From: an uncultured Nitrospiraceae bacterium
GTDB lineage: Bacteria; Nitrospirota; Thermodesulfovibrionia; Thermodesulfovibrionales; UBA6898
DNA length: 64,000 bases
Assembly: GCA_963811165.1 (NCBI GenBank)
Contig: CAWEQH010000001.1
Span: forward strand, 64,001-128,000
Reading direction: 5' to 3'
In this document: positions 41,121-51,565 of the stretch, piece after piece
Layout: every line of letters begins with the position of its first letter
Numbering within the stretch: position 1 is the first letter of the stretch
The notes under the pieces: model-generated
Databases searched by the model: none
What the model saw: only the letters and a program-made list of their open reading frames with translations
Told to the model about the DNA's origin: nothing
Position numbers and translations under genes: made by a program

Positions 41121-43325
41121 ATGAAGGAACACGAAAGGGAATTAGAGATCCTGCGGAAAGCCCTGGCCGAGGCCGAAAAGGCCGGCGATGTTACGGGTAC
41201 GGTAAAGAGCTATTACCAAAAAGGGGTGGTCCATCAGAAGCTGTATGATTACGACAAGGCACTGTGGGCCTTTCAAAAATCACTTGAAACAGCGGAGAGG
41301 GCGGGCGATATTGTCTGGATATCGAGGAACTACCATGGGATGGGCGTCGTGTATCAGAAGAAAAGTGAGTACGACAGAGCCCTTGATTTTTTCCAGAAGT
41401 CCGTTGAGCTGGTCGAAAAGACTGGCGATGCGTGCGGCTGCGCACGGAGCTTTAATCAGATTGGGATAGTCTATCAAAAGAAAAGCGACTACGGAAGGGC
41501 GCTTGAGTTCTTTCAGAAGTCCCTCGATATCGCAGAAAAGACGGGTGATACGGATATGATATCCGTCTGCGCACTGAACATAGGAATAGTCCATCAGAAA
41601 AGAGGCGAATACACCAGGGCACTCGAATATTCCCTGAAGGCCCTCACAACAAAGGGAAAAAACGAGGCCAAGGTTCTGAGGATATACGGGCAGATGGGTC
41701 TGATTTATAAGTTGAAGGGAGACTATGACGGGGCCCTCGAATATACCCATAAGGCCCTTGAAATAGCCGAGAGGTTAGGAGATATGGCAGGGATTGCGAC
41801 GGGCTATAATCAGCTTGGCATGATCTGTCAAAGCAGGGGGGATCAGGGCCGCGCCCATGAGTTTCATATCAAGGCGCTTGAGATGGCCGGAAAGATCGGT
41901 GACCTTGCCGAGGTATCGAAGAGTTATCACCAGATAGGGATCGTGCATGAGAAAAGGGGCGATTATGACAGCGCCAATGAGTATCACCTCAAGGCCCTGG
42001 AGATAGCCGAAAAGATAGGGGATCTCGCGGAGGTTGCGATGAGTTATCATCAGATAGGGGTGGTCCATCAAAAAAGAGGCGACTACGAAAAGGCCCTGGA
42101 GTTTTCTCAGAAGGCCCTTAAGGTCTCAGAAGATATCGGCGACCTCGCGGGAACTGCCATGAGTTGTTACCAGATAGGGGTGGTTTACCAAAAGAGCGGC
42201 GACTACGACCGGGCGCTTGAGTTTCATCAGAAGGCTCTCGGCATAAGCAACAAGACAGGCGACAGCGTGGGTGTCTCAAAGAGTTATAACCAGATAGGCA
42301 TTGTGCATGAGAAAAGGGGAGATTACAGCTGGGCGCTTGACTATTTTCAACAGTCCATCGAGATCGCTGAGAAGATAGGCGACATAGACATGGTATCGGT
42401 CTGCTATCAAAATATAGGAATAGTGCACGAAAAGAAAGGCGACTATGACAGTGCCCTCGACTATTCCCGCAGGGCCCTTCATATAAGAGAAAAATCAGAA
42501 GACTCTTACAGGGTCTTAAGGATATACGGGCAGATGGGCCTGCTTTATAAGCTCAAAGGTGAACATAATAAGGCGCTTGAATATACCGGCAAGGCCCTCG
42601 AGATAGCCGAAAGGGTGGGAGATTTCGCCGGGGTAGCGATGAGTTATAACCAAATTGGAATGGTCCACGAAAATAGGGGCGACCACGGGAAAGCTCTTGA
42701 TTTTTACCAGAAAGCCCTTGAGATCAGCAAAAGGATCGGGGATGTCGCCGAGGTATCGAAGAGTTATCACCAGATCGGGATAGTGTATCAGGACAGGGGT
42801 GACTACGCCAATGCCCTTGAGTTTTTCCGGATGGCCCTCGAGATCAGTGAGAGGATTGGGGACATTTCCGGCATCTCAAAGAGTTACCACCAGATGGGGA
42901 TGGTCTACGAAAACAAAGGGGACCATGAGAAGGCCCTCGATTTCCATCAGAGGGCCTTTGCGATAGCCGAAAAGATCGGAGATATCGCCGGCGTGGCGAA
43001 GAGTTATCACCAGATGGGAATAGTCTATCAGAACAGGGAAGATTATGACGTGGCGCTCGAATTCTACCAGAAGGCCCTTGAGATAGCGAAGAGGGTCGGA
43101 GATATCGCCGGCGTGGCAAGCAGCATAGGAATGATCGGAAAGGTGATGCAGAACAAAAAGAATTATAAAGACGCCTTCATAGATTTTCTTATCTCACTCG
43201 ATATATTCGAAAAACTCGGCTCCCCCAATGTCAACACTGTCCACGGGTTTATTACCAAGCTTACAAGAGAAATGGGAGACGAGGATTTCAATAAGTTGCT
43301 TGAAGAGCTGAAAGACCGCGCCTAA
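41121..43325 (+). CDS. Tetratricopeptide repeat protein (about 17 repeats of 40 aa)
   Basis: Repeating SYHQIGIVHEKRGDYxxALEFxxKALEIAEKIGD. Confidence 0.9.
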   Translation: MKEHERELEILRKALAEAEKAGDVTGTVKSYYQKGVVHQKLYDYDKALWAFQKSLETAERAGDIVWISRNYHGMGVVYQKKSEYDRALDFFQKSVELVEKTGDACGCARSFNQIGIVYQKKSDYGRALEFFQKSLDIAEKTGDTDMISVCALNIGIVHQKRGEYTRALEYSLKALTTKGKNEAKVLRIYGQMGLIYKLKGDYDGALEYTHKALEIAERLGDMAGIATGYNQLGMICQSRGDQGRAHEFHIKALEMAGKIGDLAEVSKSYHQIGIVHEKRGDYDSANEYHLKALEIAEKIGDLAEVAMSYHQIGVVHQKRGDYEKALEFSQKALKVSEDIGDLAGTAMSCYQIGVVYQKSGDYDRALEFHQKALGISNKTGDSVGVSKSYNQIGIVHEKRGDYSWALDYFQQSIEIAEKIGDIDMVSVCYQNIGIVHEKKGDYDSALDYSRRALHIREKSEDSYRVLRIYGQMGLLYKLKGEHNKALEYTGKALEIAERVGDFAGVAMSYNQIGMVHENRGDHGKALDFYQKALEISKRIGDVAEVSKSYHQIGIVYQDRGDYANALEFFRMALEISERIGDISGISKSYHQMGMVYENKGDHEKALDFHQRAFAIAEKIGDIAGVAKSYHQMGIVYQNREDYDVALEFYQKALEIAKRVGDIAGVASSIGMIGKVMQNKKNYKDAFIDFLISLDIFEKLGSPNVNTVHGFITKLTREMGDEDFNKLLEELKDRA

Positions 43326-43346
43326 GCTCTCGTTGACAAGGATAAT

Positions 43347-43895
43347 TTACCCCCCCGCTGCTTTGATCGCCGCCTGGATGCCTTTGCTGAACTCCGTAGG
43401 GACGGTGGTCATTCTCCCGGCAAGCTCCCTGTCAAGCATCATTGTCCCCTGGGGATCATCTTTGATAATCTTTAATTGAGCGATGATCTCGTTATCATTG
43501 CTCTCTTCCTCGACCTGTTCGGTCACGTACCACTGAAGAATAATCCGGGTAGCGTGGTCCTTTTCGGCAATGGCAAGTTCCATCAATTCATTGATAGATT
43601 TAGTGATAAACTGCTCATGCTCGAGCGTTTTATTAAACATATCCAGCGGAGATTCAAACGATGACGGAGGTTCGGATATCGCCTTCAATAAAGCCCTGCC
43701 TCCCTGGAGATTGATATATTCATAAAATTTCATGGCATGAAACATCTCCTCATGATATTGAACCATAAACCAGTTTGCTAAGCCTTTCAGCCCATTGCTT
43801 GAGCAGTACGACGACATGGACATGTAAAGATACGCCGAATACAGTTCCCTATTCATCTGCTCGTTTAAAGACTCTTCCATCCTCTTGTTCAACAT
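43347..43895 (-). CDS. ftnA: Non-heme ferritin
   Basis: ELYSAYLY, EEMFHA, HEQFIT, WYVTEQVEEE ferroxidase residues. Confidence 0.93.
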   Translation of the reverse strand: MLNKRMEESLNEQMNRELYSAYLYMSMSSYCSSNGLKGLANWFMVQYHEEMFHAMKFYEYINLQGGRALLKAISEPPSSFESPLDMFNKTLEHEQFITKSINELMELAIAEKDHATRIILQWYVTEQVEEESNDNEIIAQLKIIKDDPQGTMMLDRELAGRMTTVPTEFSKGIQAAIKAAGG

Positions 43896-44061
43896 AATCG
43901 ATCTCCCTTATTGTAAAGGTCTTTAGCGCTAGCAGTATAATTTAAGCACAAAAATAGCCATCTGTCACGTCTTGGTGTGGCCTTTGACCCGAGCATGATC
44001 GAAAGGGAATCCTTCCCGCAGCCATGAATAATCAGAATGAGGGTTCTGAGTAAAGATTGCC

Positions 44062-44228
44062 AAAAATAAAAAAGTGGTGCTTGCATCCCCTCTTCTCTCA
44101 GCGGTTTGTACATCATGAGACTTACAGCCTTAGACTCTTACGTCTGAACCTTACGTCTTACGACTTTACAACCTGCTGCTGAGCATTGAGAGGAGCAAGG
44201 CCACCACTTTGGTGAGCTGCTTGCCCGT
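44062..44228 (-). ncRNA. Candidate structured small RNA with GUAAG-like repeats (no family recognised)
   Basis: Long interrupted inverted repeat 44071-44110 / 44167-44210, repeat-rich core, 3' U-tract, TTGACA at 44259-44264. Confidence 0.45.
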
Positions 44229-44317
44229 CAATTACATTAGGCGCTTTTTCAGAGGGTTTGTCAAGTTTTTTTATGTATTTTTTATGTGCGGGTGATAAAG
44301 CAGAATGCGGCTTTTCA

Positions 44318-46972
44318 TTATTTTAGATACGCCCTCGCCTGTCCATGCACAGCAGGACATGTCTCCTCCGACACATGCTGCACAATTCTTTCGAGAGCTG
44401 CTCTTACCCTGGTCTGCAGCGGGGACCTCAATTTCCTGACATGCTGGAATGTATTAAGGAGACGGCCGGTGGTAGTTGCATTGATGGGAGCAAACTCAAT
44501 CACGGTATCCGCAAGCCAGTTGATGCCGCGGTCGGTCCAGACCATCTTATTATTAGAGGCCATAGGCAGAAACAGTGCCCGGCTCCAGGTGGGCTGAGTG
44601 ATGTCGAACTCCGGCCGGCCCTTTTCCACTTCTATCATTTCAAAGACATCCTCTCGTGTTCCGCTTGCAACTATCCTCAGGTAATTGGCGTAACCGCTTA
44701 GATGGGAATGCCAGGCCGTATAGGCTTCGTCTAGGACCTTTTTCCTTTGTGGTGATGAACTGCGGTTAAGGGCCAGGAGAGCCGTCACACGGTCGGTAGC
44801 AGTCGTAGCCGAATAGAAATGGTCAAGGATTATTCCGTGACTATCTTCAGAGTCGTCAGCTGCGATCAGATCCAAAAGCACCTGCTTTAGCATGCGCGCC
44901 TCGATACCATCTTTGTGGGCCCTTGTACTCGCCTCGGAATAGGTATCGAGACCCGAGAACCCCTCAAGAAGTCTGTCAAGGTATCTGCGGGTAACCGAGA
45001 GCATAAGTTTTTCCCGGGCATCGACAAGTTCCTGATACCACGTAGAGTATTCCCGGTTCATGGGTTGTTCGTCGATACGAAGAAAATATGCCTTCAGTGA
45101 GTGGGGCATGTCCTCGGTTGAAAGGACCTCGCCGTAAAGTTCGATCCACTCCGGGCTCGCCTCTTCCCCGGGATCCAGCAAAAGCCTGATCCTTTCGATA
45201 TCGGTGAGCTGACGGAAGGCATCCACCCTGTTGTAAGCATTCGGATCGAGGCGCGCCTGAAGAATAAGGACTTTAGGATCAGTCTCCCTATAGCCGAAGG
45301 TCCCGTAGAAAGAATAGTCGCGGTTCATGGAGGCAAAGGCCGGAGGCGAAGAAATGCCCTCAAAAACCATCTCACTTTCCGGCTCGCCAAATTGATATAC
45401 TTTCTTTGTCCCCGGGATATCCTTCCCGGCAAAGTCCACGAGGGCCAATTCTATCGGCAAATGAAAAGGTTCGTGTCCCGGCTCGACCTCCTGCCGGAAA
45501 CGGATACGATACAGGCCATTGGGCTGATCATACTCGGTAGCGGCCGTGACTTTCGGATACCCGATTCTGTATAGCCACTCCTTTTTGAATTGCCCAAGGG
45601 ATTGTCCGGAGATTTCCTCAAAGCACTGGAAGAACTGATCGGTATTCGCATTTCCATTGCGGTATCGTGAGAAATAGAGTGTCTTTCCCGCGTGAAAGTT
45701 CTTATCACCCAGTATAAGCCTCAGCATCCTAATTACCTCAGCAGCCTTGACATACGTAACTCCATCGATGAGTTCGTCCGGATCGTTGAATCCGTCACGG
45801 ACAATTTTTCCCGCATGTCCTGCGTCTTCGATCGCCAGCGGGCCAAGGAGGGGGTTCCGAATGCTGTCTACCTGATACAGGCGTATGAATGCCGGATCGA
45901 AGATCTCGGCCATGAACTGGCGCTCGACGTCAACAGTATAAGCCTCGTTCAGCCAGACATCAAAGGGCGTCTCCATTGTTGTCTCGCTGCCGCACTGGTT
46001 ATGCTCGAATTCATGAACGATGACCGCGTGGGCGTAAAGCAGCGCCATGTCCAAAGTATGTTCGGTAACTAAGGCGGCGTCGGTCACAATCGTCGTATTT
46101 CCCACATTTTCCATGCCGCCGAAATTAGATTTGTTCATGCATATGGTGCGGTACGTTTCTCCTGTGTACTCATAATCCTGTGTTTTCCTTATCCAAAGGA
46201 TCGATTCCTTAAGGATATCCATCGGCACACGGACATATTTTGAAGCACCCGGCGGAACAAGATATTCGAGACGGACAGCACGTCCCGATTCATAGATCAC
46301 GCTATCAACCAGCGCGTCCCATGTACCGACACAAACGAGGAAAAGATAGGGCGCCATCGGAACACGATTTTCATAGGTTATTATCTGCCTGGAGGGGTCC
46401 CCCGGCTTTGGTACCGGCCCTCCCTCGGGGTTCATGCTCCGGCTGATGTTGCCGTTGCTGATAAGATGGGTGTAGGCCCTGTCGGCTTCGATACTGGTTG
46501 TCATGGTGCACTTCGCCCGGCAATCGTCCACGATGGGCATGATGCGCTGGAACCCCCATTGCTGACATTGTGACACATATTGCTGGGGCATGCCGGGAGG
46601 TGTCGAGTCTTTATAGATGCCCTCCAATATATGGTCGGAGGGAAAGCAGCGGCTTATAGTTCGTATAAAGAACTTTTCAGCCTTTCCCACCCTTCTAGGC
46701 ATTTTTACGACGAGCCTGTTTTTTACCTGGGCGTATTCATAATCCAGGGGCCTTCCCTTATCGGAGGGACCTTCACACCACTCGATTTTTATCATCTCGA
46801 TACCGTTGGCATCAAGGTGAAGCTCGTGCATCGGCCGACGCGCGATCATTTCGAGACAATTCGTGGCTTCCACATAATCACCGGCGAAGTTCAGATACAT
46901 CGTCAGATGATTCAAAGTCACCGGCAAGTCGCCGAAATCCCCGCGCATATATTTAAAACGCTGTTGGCTCAT
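44318..46972 (-). CDS. pepN: Aminopeptidase N (M1 family)
   Basis: GGMENVG, HEFEH..(18)..E (LNEAY), YVKAAEVIRM, C-terminal PepN domain. Confidence 0.9.
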   Translation of the reverse strand: MSQQRFKYMRGDFGDLPVTLNHLTMYLNFAGDYVEATNCLEMIARRPMHELHLDANGIEMIKIEWCEGPSDKGRPLDYEYAQVKNRLVVKMPRRVGKAEKFFIRTISRCFPSDHILEGIYKDSTPPGMPQQYVSQCQQWGFQRIMPIVDDCRAKCTMTTSIEADRAYTHLISNGNISRSMNPEGGPVPKPGDPSRQIITYENRVPMAPYLFLVCVGTWDALVDSVIYESGRAVRLEYLVPPGASKYVRVPMDILKESILWIRKTQDYEYTGETYRTICMNKSNFGGMENVGNTTIVTDAALVTEHTLDMALLYAHAVIVHEFEHNQCGSETTMETPFDVWLNEAYTVDVERQFMAEIFDPAFIRLYQVDSIRNPLLGPLAIEDAGHAGKIVRDGFNDPDELIDGVTYVKAAEVIRMLRLILGDKNFHAGKTLYFSRYRNGNANTDQFFQCFEEISGQSLGQFKKEWLYRIGYPKVTAATEYDQPNGLYRIRFRQEVEPGHEPFHLPIELALVDFAGKDIPGTKKVYQFGEPESEMVFEGISSPPAFASMNRDYSFYGTFGYRETDPKVLILQARLDPNAYNRVDAFRQLTDIERIRLLLDPGEEASPEWIELYGEVLSTEDMPHSLKAYFLRIDEQPMNREYSTWYQELVDAREKLMLSVTRRYLDRLLEGFSGLDTYSEASTRAHKDGIEARMLKQVLLDLIAADDSEDSHGIILDHFYSATTATDRVTALLALNRSSSPQRKKVLDEAYTAWHSHLSGYANYLRIVASGTREDVFEMIEVEKGRPEFDITQPTWSRALFLPMASNNKMVWTDRGINWLADTVIEFAPINATTTGRLLNTFQHVRKLRSPLQTRVRAALERIVQHVSEETCPAVHGQARAYLK

Positions 46973-47175
46973 TACGAATTTCTCCTCTGTATTTCGACAA
47001 CAAATAGATTACGGCTTTTTCGCACAGTTGTCATCTCTTTCCAGGATGTTGAAGATTCCCCAGGTTCCACGGCACTCCCCCGGAAATAGATACACCGGCC
47101 GGATTATCCAGACCTTACGAGACAGAATCAAGCAATACGCTGGGCCGAATCATGAAAAAATGACAACATGAATAT

Positions 47176-48450
47176 CTACAGGTTCCCTCTCAATCTCTCT
47201 GCATGCAATATTCTTTTTACCGCCAGCTGATATGCTGCCCTCCTCATCCGGCATCTTCCCTCATCGCAGAGCGAGTAAACATCGTTGAACGCGGTAATCA
47301 TTACGTTTTTAAGTCTCCGGACTACTTTTTCCTCTTCCCAGTATTCGCTATTAAGGTTCTGGCTCCATTCGAAATAACTCACCACGACGCCTCCTGCGTT
47401 TGCGAGAACGTCCGGCACCAGCATTATTCCTTTTTCGAAAAATATCTCATCCGCCTCGGTCGTTGTGGGAGCGTTCGCAAGTTCTAAGACTATCTTTGCC
47501 TTGACGTCACCGGCGTTGTTCTTATTCAGCTGGTCCGATAGCGCCGAGGGTATCAGAATATCGCAATCGCTGACGAGGAGTTCTTCGTTTGTGATGTCTT
47601 TTGCTCCCTCAAAGCCGCTGACCATTCCGTTTTTTCCCTTATGCCTGACCACCTCGCTGATATCAAGGCCTCTTTCTCCCAGTATCCCGCCCCTTGAGTC
47701 GCTCACCGCAATAACTTTATAGCCGCCTTCGAAGAGAATGCGAGCGGCATTTTCTCCGACATTTCCGAACCCCTGTATCGCTACTCGGGCGTCCTTTTTG
47801 TCTAAGCCGGCCTTTTTTAAAGCTTCTTCGAGAACGTATATTCCCCCCAGGGACGTTGAATAGCTCCGGGCCCTGCTGCCCGCAAGTTCGAGAGGCTTGC
47901 CTGTGACCACAGCCGGCACATGCATGCCCTTTATCCTTTCGTATTCATCAAGTATCCAGACCATTATCTTCTCGTCGGTATAGACGTCGGGGGCCGGGAT
48001 GTCCTTGAAAGGTCCGATGTAGTCCGCGATGGCGCGTATATAACCCCGCGTAACCTGTTCAAGTTCATTTCTGCTCAGTTCCTTGGGGTTGACGACGACG
48101 CCGCCTTTCGAGCCGCCGAATGGGATATTTACTACGGCACATTTAAGCACCATAAGAAAGGCGAGGTCCCTCACATGATCAATAGTAAGTTCAGGATGGA
48201 ACCTCAATCCTCCTTTGGAGGGTCCTCTGGCATCGTTATACTGCACCCTGTGGCCAACGAACATCTTTATCTTGCCCGAGTCCATCCTTACCGGAAAATG
48301 AACGGTAAATGATCTTCTCGGCATATCAAGAAGGTCAAGTTCATCCGATGTCAACCCGAGGTCTGAGTAAATCTCCCCCAGTTCACTCAGGCAAAGTTTA
48401 CAGAGGATCGTGTCGTCTGCATGTATCCGATCGTGCTCCCTATTGGCCAA
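47176..48450 (-). CDS. gdhA: Glu/Leu/Phe/Val dehydrogenase (glutamate dehydrogenase-like)
   Basis: KGGLRFHP, FGGSKGG, DIPAPDV, VTGKP, QGFGNVG, PDVLANAGGVVVSYFEW. Confidence 0.9.
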   Translation of the reverse strand: MANREHDRIHADDTILCKLCLSELGEIYSDLGLTSDELDLLDMPRRSFTVHFPVRMDSGKIKMFVGHRVQYNDARGPSKGGLRFHPELTIDHVRDLAFLMVLKCAVVNIPFGGSKGGVVVNPKELSRNELEQVTRGYIRAIADYIGPFKDIPAPDVYTDEKIMVWILDEYERIKGMHVPAVVTGKPLELAGSRARSYSTSLGGIYVLEEALKKAGLDKKDARVAIQGFGNVGENAARILFEGGYKVIAVSDSRGGILGERGLDISEVVRHKGKNGMVSGFEGAKDITNEELLVSDCDILIPSALSDQLNKNNAGDVKAKIVLELANAPTTTEADEIFFEKGIMLVPDVLANAGGVVVSYFEWSQNLNSEYWEEEKVVRRLKNVMITAFNDVYSLCDEGRCRMRRAAYQLAVKRILHAERLRGNL

Positions 48451-48548
48451 GAAAATGCCCTCCTTTGCGCATTTTATTCAGCGGAATTTTCTACTCCGCT
48501 ACGACCCTGGACCCCGGGACAAAAGGGCCGGTCTCTAACCGGCACTAT

Positions 48549-49193
48549 TTATCCCTTCAAGATCTTTACACCGGCATAGGTGCCTTCAAGCTCTGCTTTA
48601 AGGGCCTTGAAGTTTCCCGAGCCCTTTGTTCTTATTACGATGTTCCTGTGTCCCTCCTTGACACTCTCATAGGACGTAAGAATGCTCTGCAGGTTGAAAT
48701 CGTATTTCCTTATAATGTCGGCGACATCCTTTATCGAGCCGGGTCTGTCCTCGATTGTTACAAAGATCCTATGGCCTCGGTGCCTTATCCCGGTGATGTC
48801 TATGAGCGCACGGAATATATCCCTATCGGAAATGATTCCTACAAGCTTCCCACTGTCGATTACGGGCAGACACCCTATGTTTTTATCATACAAGACCATG
48901 GCCGCCTCTTCAACAGGCATATCGGGGGCGGTTGTGAAGACCTTCGTCTTCATGACTTCCCTGACACTTGTTTTTTCGAGGAGGTAATGCAGTTCGTACA
49001 TGTCCAGGGAGGTTGCCCTTGAAGGACAGTAATCCTTTATGTCCCTGTCTGAAACTATCCCCCGCAACTTCCCTTGTTCAACGACCGGGACATGCTTAAT
49101 GCCTTTCTCCCTTATCATCTTTACCACATCCGAGATGCTGCTATCCGGCTTTACGCTCACTACCTTCCGCGTCATCCATTCCGATACAAACAT
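48549..49193 (-). CDS. CBS-pair + ACT domain protein (AcuB-like)
   Basis: MFVSEWMT, GIVSDRD, ATSLDMYELHYLL, DRPGSI. Confidence 0.88.
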   Translation of the reverse strand: MFVSEWMTRKVVSVKPDSSISDVVKMIREKGIKHVPVVEQGKLRGIVSDRDIKDYCPSRATSLDMYELHYLLEKTSVREVMKTKVFTTAPDMPVEEAAMVLYDKNIGCLPVIDSGKLVGIISDRDIFRALIDITGIRHRGHRIFVTIEDRPGSIKDVADIIRKYDFNLQSILTSYESVKEGHRNIVIRTKGSGNFKALKAELEGTYAGVKILKG

Positions 49194-49210
49194 AATCCCA
49201 CCTCCGTCCT

Positions 49211-49915
49211 TTATACACCAAGATATGCCGTTTTCACATGCGCGTTTTTGAGGATCGATTCGCCGGACCCTTCAAGAACGATCCTTCCTGTCTCAAGGAC
49301 ATAGGCCCTGTCAGAGATCAGAAGTGTCTGCTTCACATTCTGCTCCACAATGAGCACCGTGGCCCCTTCCCGTCTGATTCTGTTTATGACGTGAAAAATC
49401 TCTCTTACGAGTATGGGGGCCAGCCCAAGCGAGGGCTCATCGAACATGATCAGTTTCGGCTTCGACATGAGTCCCCGGGCGATTGCGACCATCTGCTGCT
49501 CACCGCCTGAAAGTGTTCCGCACGGCTGTTTCCTGCGCTTCATCAGGGTGGGGAAAAGTTCAAAGACCATCTCCTTTGTCTTTGGCCGCTCTGTCCTGGC
49601 CGCACCCTTCAGAGATCCCATATCCAGGTTCTCCTCGACGGTCATTTCGACAAAGAGCCTTCTTGCCTCCGGCACATGGGCGATTCCCGCATCGATCAAA
49701 CGGTGAGGCGCCTGTTTATGAATGGGTGTCCCGTTAAAAAGGATCTCTCCCCCCGACGGACTTATGAGCCCTGAGATGGTCTTTAATATGGTTGATTTGC
49801 CTGCTCCGTTTGTACCTATAAGCGCGACAATCTCAAATTCTCCGACATGAAAAGAAACGTCACGGATCACCTGCACGTCACCGTAAGATACGTCTATATT
49901 CTTTATCTCAAGCAC
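49211..49915 (-). CDS. livF: Branched-chain amino acid ABC transporter ATP-binding protein
   Basis: GTNGAGKS, LSGGEQQM, DEPSLGLAP, VEQN; GTG start at 49915. Confidence 0.9.
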   Translation of the reverse strand: MLEIKNIDVSYGDVQVIRDVSFHVGEFEIVALIGTNGAGKSTILKTISGLISPSGGEILFNGTPIHKQAPHRLIDAGIAHVPEARRLFVEMTVEENLDMGSLKGAARTERPKTKEMVFELFPTLMKRRKQPCGTLSGGEQQMVAIARGLMSKPKLIMFDEPSLGLAPILVREIFHVINRIRREGATVLIVEQNVKQTLLISDRAYVLETGRIVLEGSGESILKNAHVKTAYLGV

Positions 49916-50630
49916 GCTCCGTCTCTCCCAGATACGCGGTGATGACGAGGGGGTCATTGCCTATTTCCCGGGGCGAACCCTCCGCTATCTTCTCACCATA
50001 ATTCAGCACGACTATTCTGTCCGATATCGACATGATTACCCTCATATGGTGTTCTATGACCATCATGGTGACTCCCCGTTTTTTTATCTTTCCGATGATC
50101 TCTATAGATTCGTTAAGCTCGGATGGATTAAGTCCCGCAAAAGACTCATCGAGCAAGAGCATCTCGGGCGCTGTGGCGAGCGCCCGCGCGATCTCGAGCC
50201 GTTTCCTCTTCCCCAGCGGCAGACCCTTTGACAACAGGTTTCTCTCCTCGATGAGACCTGTGAATTCAAGCACTTCAAGGGCGGCCCTTTCGGCCTCCGC
50301 CTTTGTCTTTGCCCGTAAGAACGACGATGCGATCACATTGTCGAGGACCGTCATCCTCCGAAGCGGCTTTACCACCTGGAAGGTCCGTGCGATCCCGATC
50401 ATGCATATCTTGTTCGGCTTGAAGCGGGAAATGTTTTTACCAGTAAAAAAAACTTCTCCCGCTGACGGCCTGTAAAAACCATTTATCACGTTAAATAGCG
50501 TAGTCTTGCCTGCCCCATTCGGTCCGATAAGCCCGAGAATCTCCCCTTTTTGCACATCGAATGAAACGTCGGTGAGTGCCGCGAGCCCTCCGAAAAACCG
50601 TGAGACGTTTTTGACCGAAAGAAGGCTCAT
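49908..50630 (-). CDS. livG: Branched-chain amino acid ABC transporter ATP-binding protein
   Basis: [29 protein letters not shown] at 50630. Confidence 0.9.
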   Translation of the reverse strand: MSLLSVKNVSRFFGGLAALTDVSFDVQKGEILGLIGPNGAGKTTLFNVINGFYRPSAGEVFFTGKNISRFKPNKICMIGIARTFQVVKPLRRMTVLDNVIASSFLRAKTKAEAERAALEVLEFTGLIEERNLLSKGLPLGKRKRLEIARALATAPEMLLLDESFAGLNPSELNESIEIIGKIKKRGVTMMVIEHHMRVIMSISDRIVVLNYGEKIAEGSPREIGNDPLVITAYLGETERA

Positions 50631-51565
50631 TATCCTACCCTCCGCCGAAAAAGTTTCCTGAGCTTGGGGAGATCTCCTGCTATGCCGTTTGGAAGAAATA
50701 TGATAATAACGATGAGAAGTATCCCGAACATGCTCTGGTAGGCAACGCCCAGGCGCGGGATTGAGCGTATAAGTTCGGCAAGGAGGACCATGATTAGCGA
50801 ACCGATAATGGGCCCCCAATATGTCGCAACGCCTCCGATCATGACGACCATGATCGCAACGATCGAGATATCGTGCAGGGCGAAGACGACCTTTGGATCG
50901 ATATATCCCATGTAATTCATATAAAAGGCGCCGGCAGCTCCGGTAAACAGGCCGCTGAGGCATAGGGCTATTGTTTTATAAAAGGTCGTGTTTATGCCGA
51001 GGGATTCGGCAGCATCCTGGTCTTCTCGTATTGCGACGAAATAGTAACCAAGCTTCGACTCCACCACCTTCCTGACGGTAAAGAACGTGAGGGCCGCGAT
51101 AAGCAGGATTATGTAGTAATACCATGTCTTTCCCACCCATGTCCTCTCCCTTATCATAATCCCGAGGTCGCCCTGGGTGAAGTCAGTGAGGTTTTCCGCA
51201 GTCACCCTGAGTATGACCCCTATCGCAAGAGTCGCGAGCGCAAAAAAAGGTCCGCGGAGCCTAAGACAGATAAAACCTATGGCGAGTGCGAAGGCGGTTG
51301 CCGCGACAATGCTTAACGGCAGGCCCCACCATCCGGATATTCCGAATTTGTAATAAATAATGCCCGCCGAGTAGGCGCCGACGCCGAAAAAGGCTGCATG
51401 GCCGAACGATACCTGGCCGCAGTACCCGCCGAGAAGGTTCCAGGCCATACCGATGACTGACCACATAATGACGAGTATGAATATATGCATAGTATAGGTG
51501 CTGAACCCTACAAGAGGCATCGAGGCAAGCAGCAGGAGTACAATAAGCGGCAGATACCTCTTCAT
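50630..51565 (-). CDS. livM: Branched-chain amino acid ABC transporter permease
   Basis: [41 protein letters not shown]. Confidence 0.9.
   Translation of the reverse strand: MKRYLPLIVLLLLASMPLVGFSTYTMHIFILVIMWSVIGMAWNLLGGYCGQVSFGHAAFFGVGAYSAGIIYYKFGISGWWGLPLSIVAATAFALAIGFICLRLRGPFFALATLAIGVILRVTAENLTDFTQGDLGIMIRERTWVGKTWYYYIILLIAALTFFTVRKVVESKLGYYFVAIREDQDAAESLGINTTFYKTIALCLSGLFTGAAGAFYMNYMGYIDPKVVFALHDISIVAIMVVMIGGVATYWGPIIGSLIMVLLAELIRSIPRLGVAYQSMFGILLIVIIIFLPNGIAGDLPKLRKLFRRRVG

Noticed and set aside
44118..44170. Short repeats as a CRISPR array
   Set aside because: Units are about 7 nt without unique spacers; no cas genes
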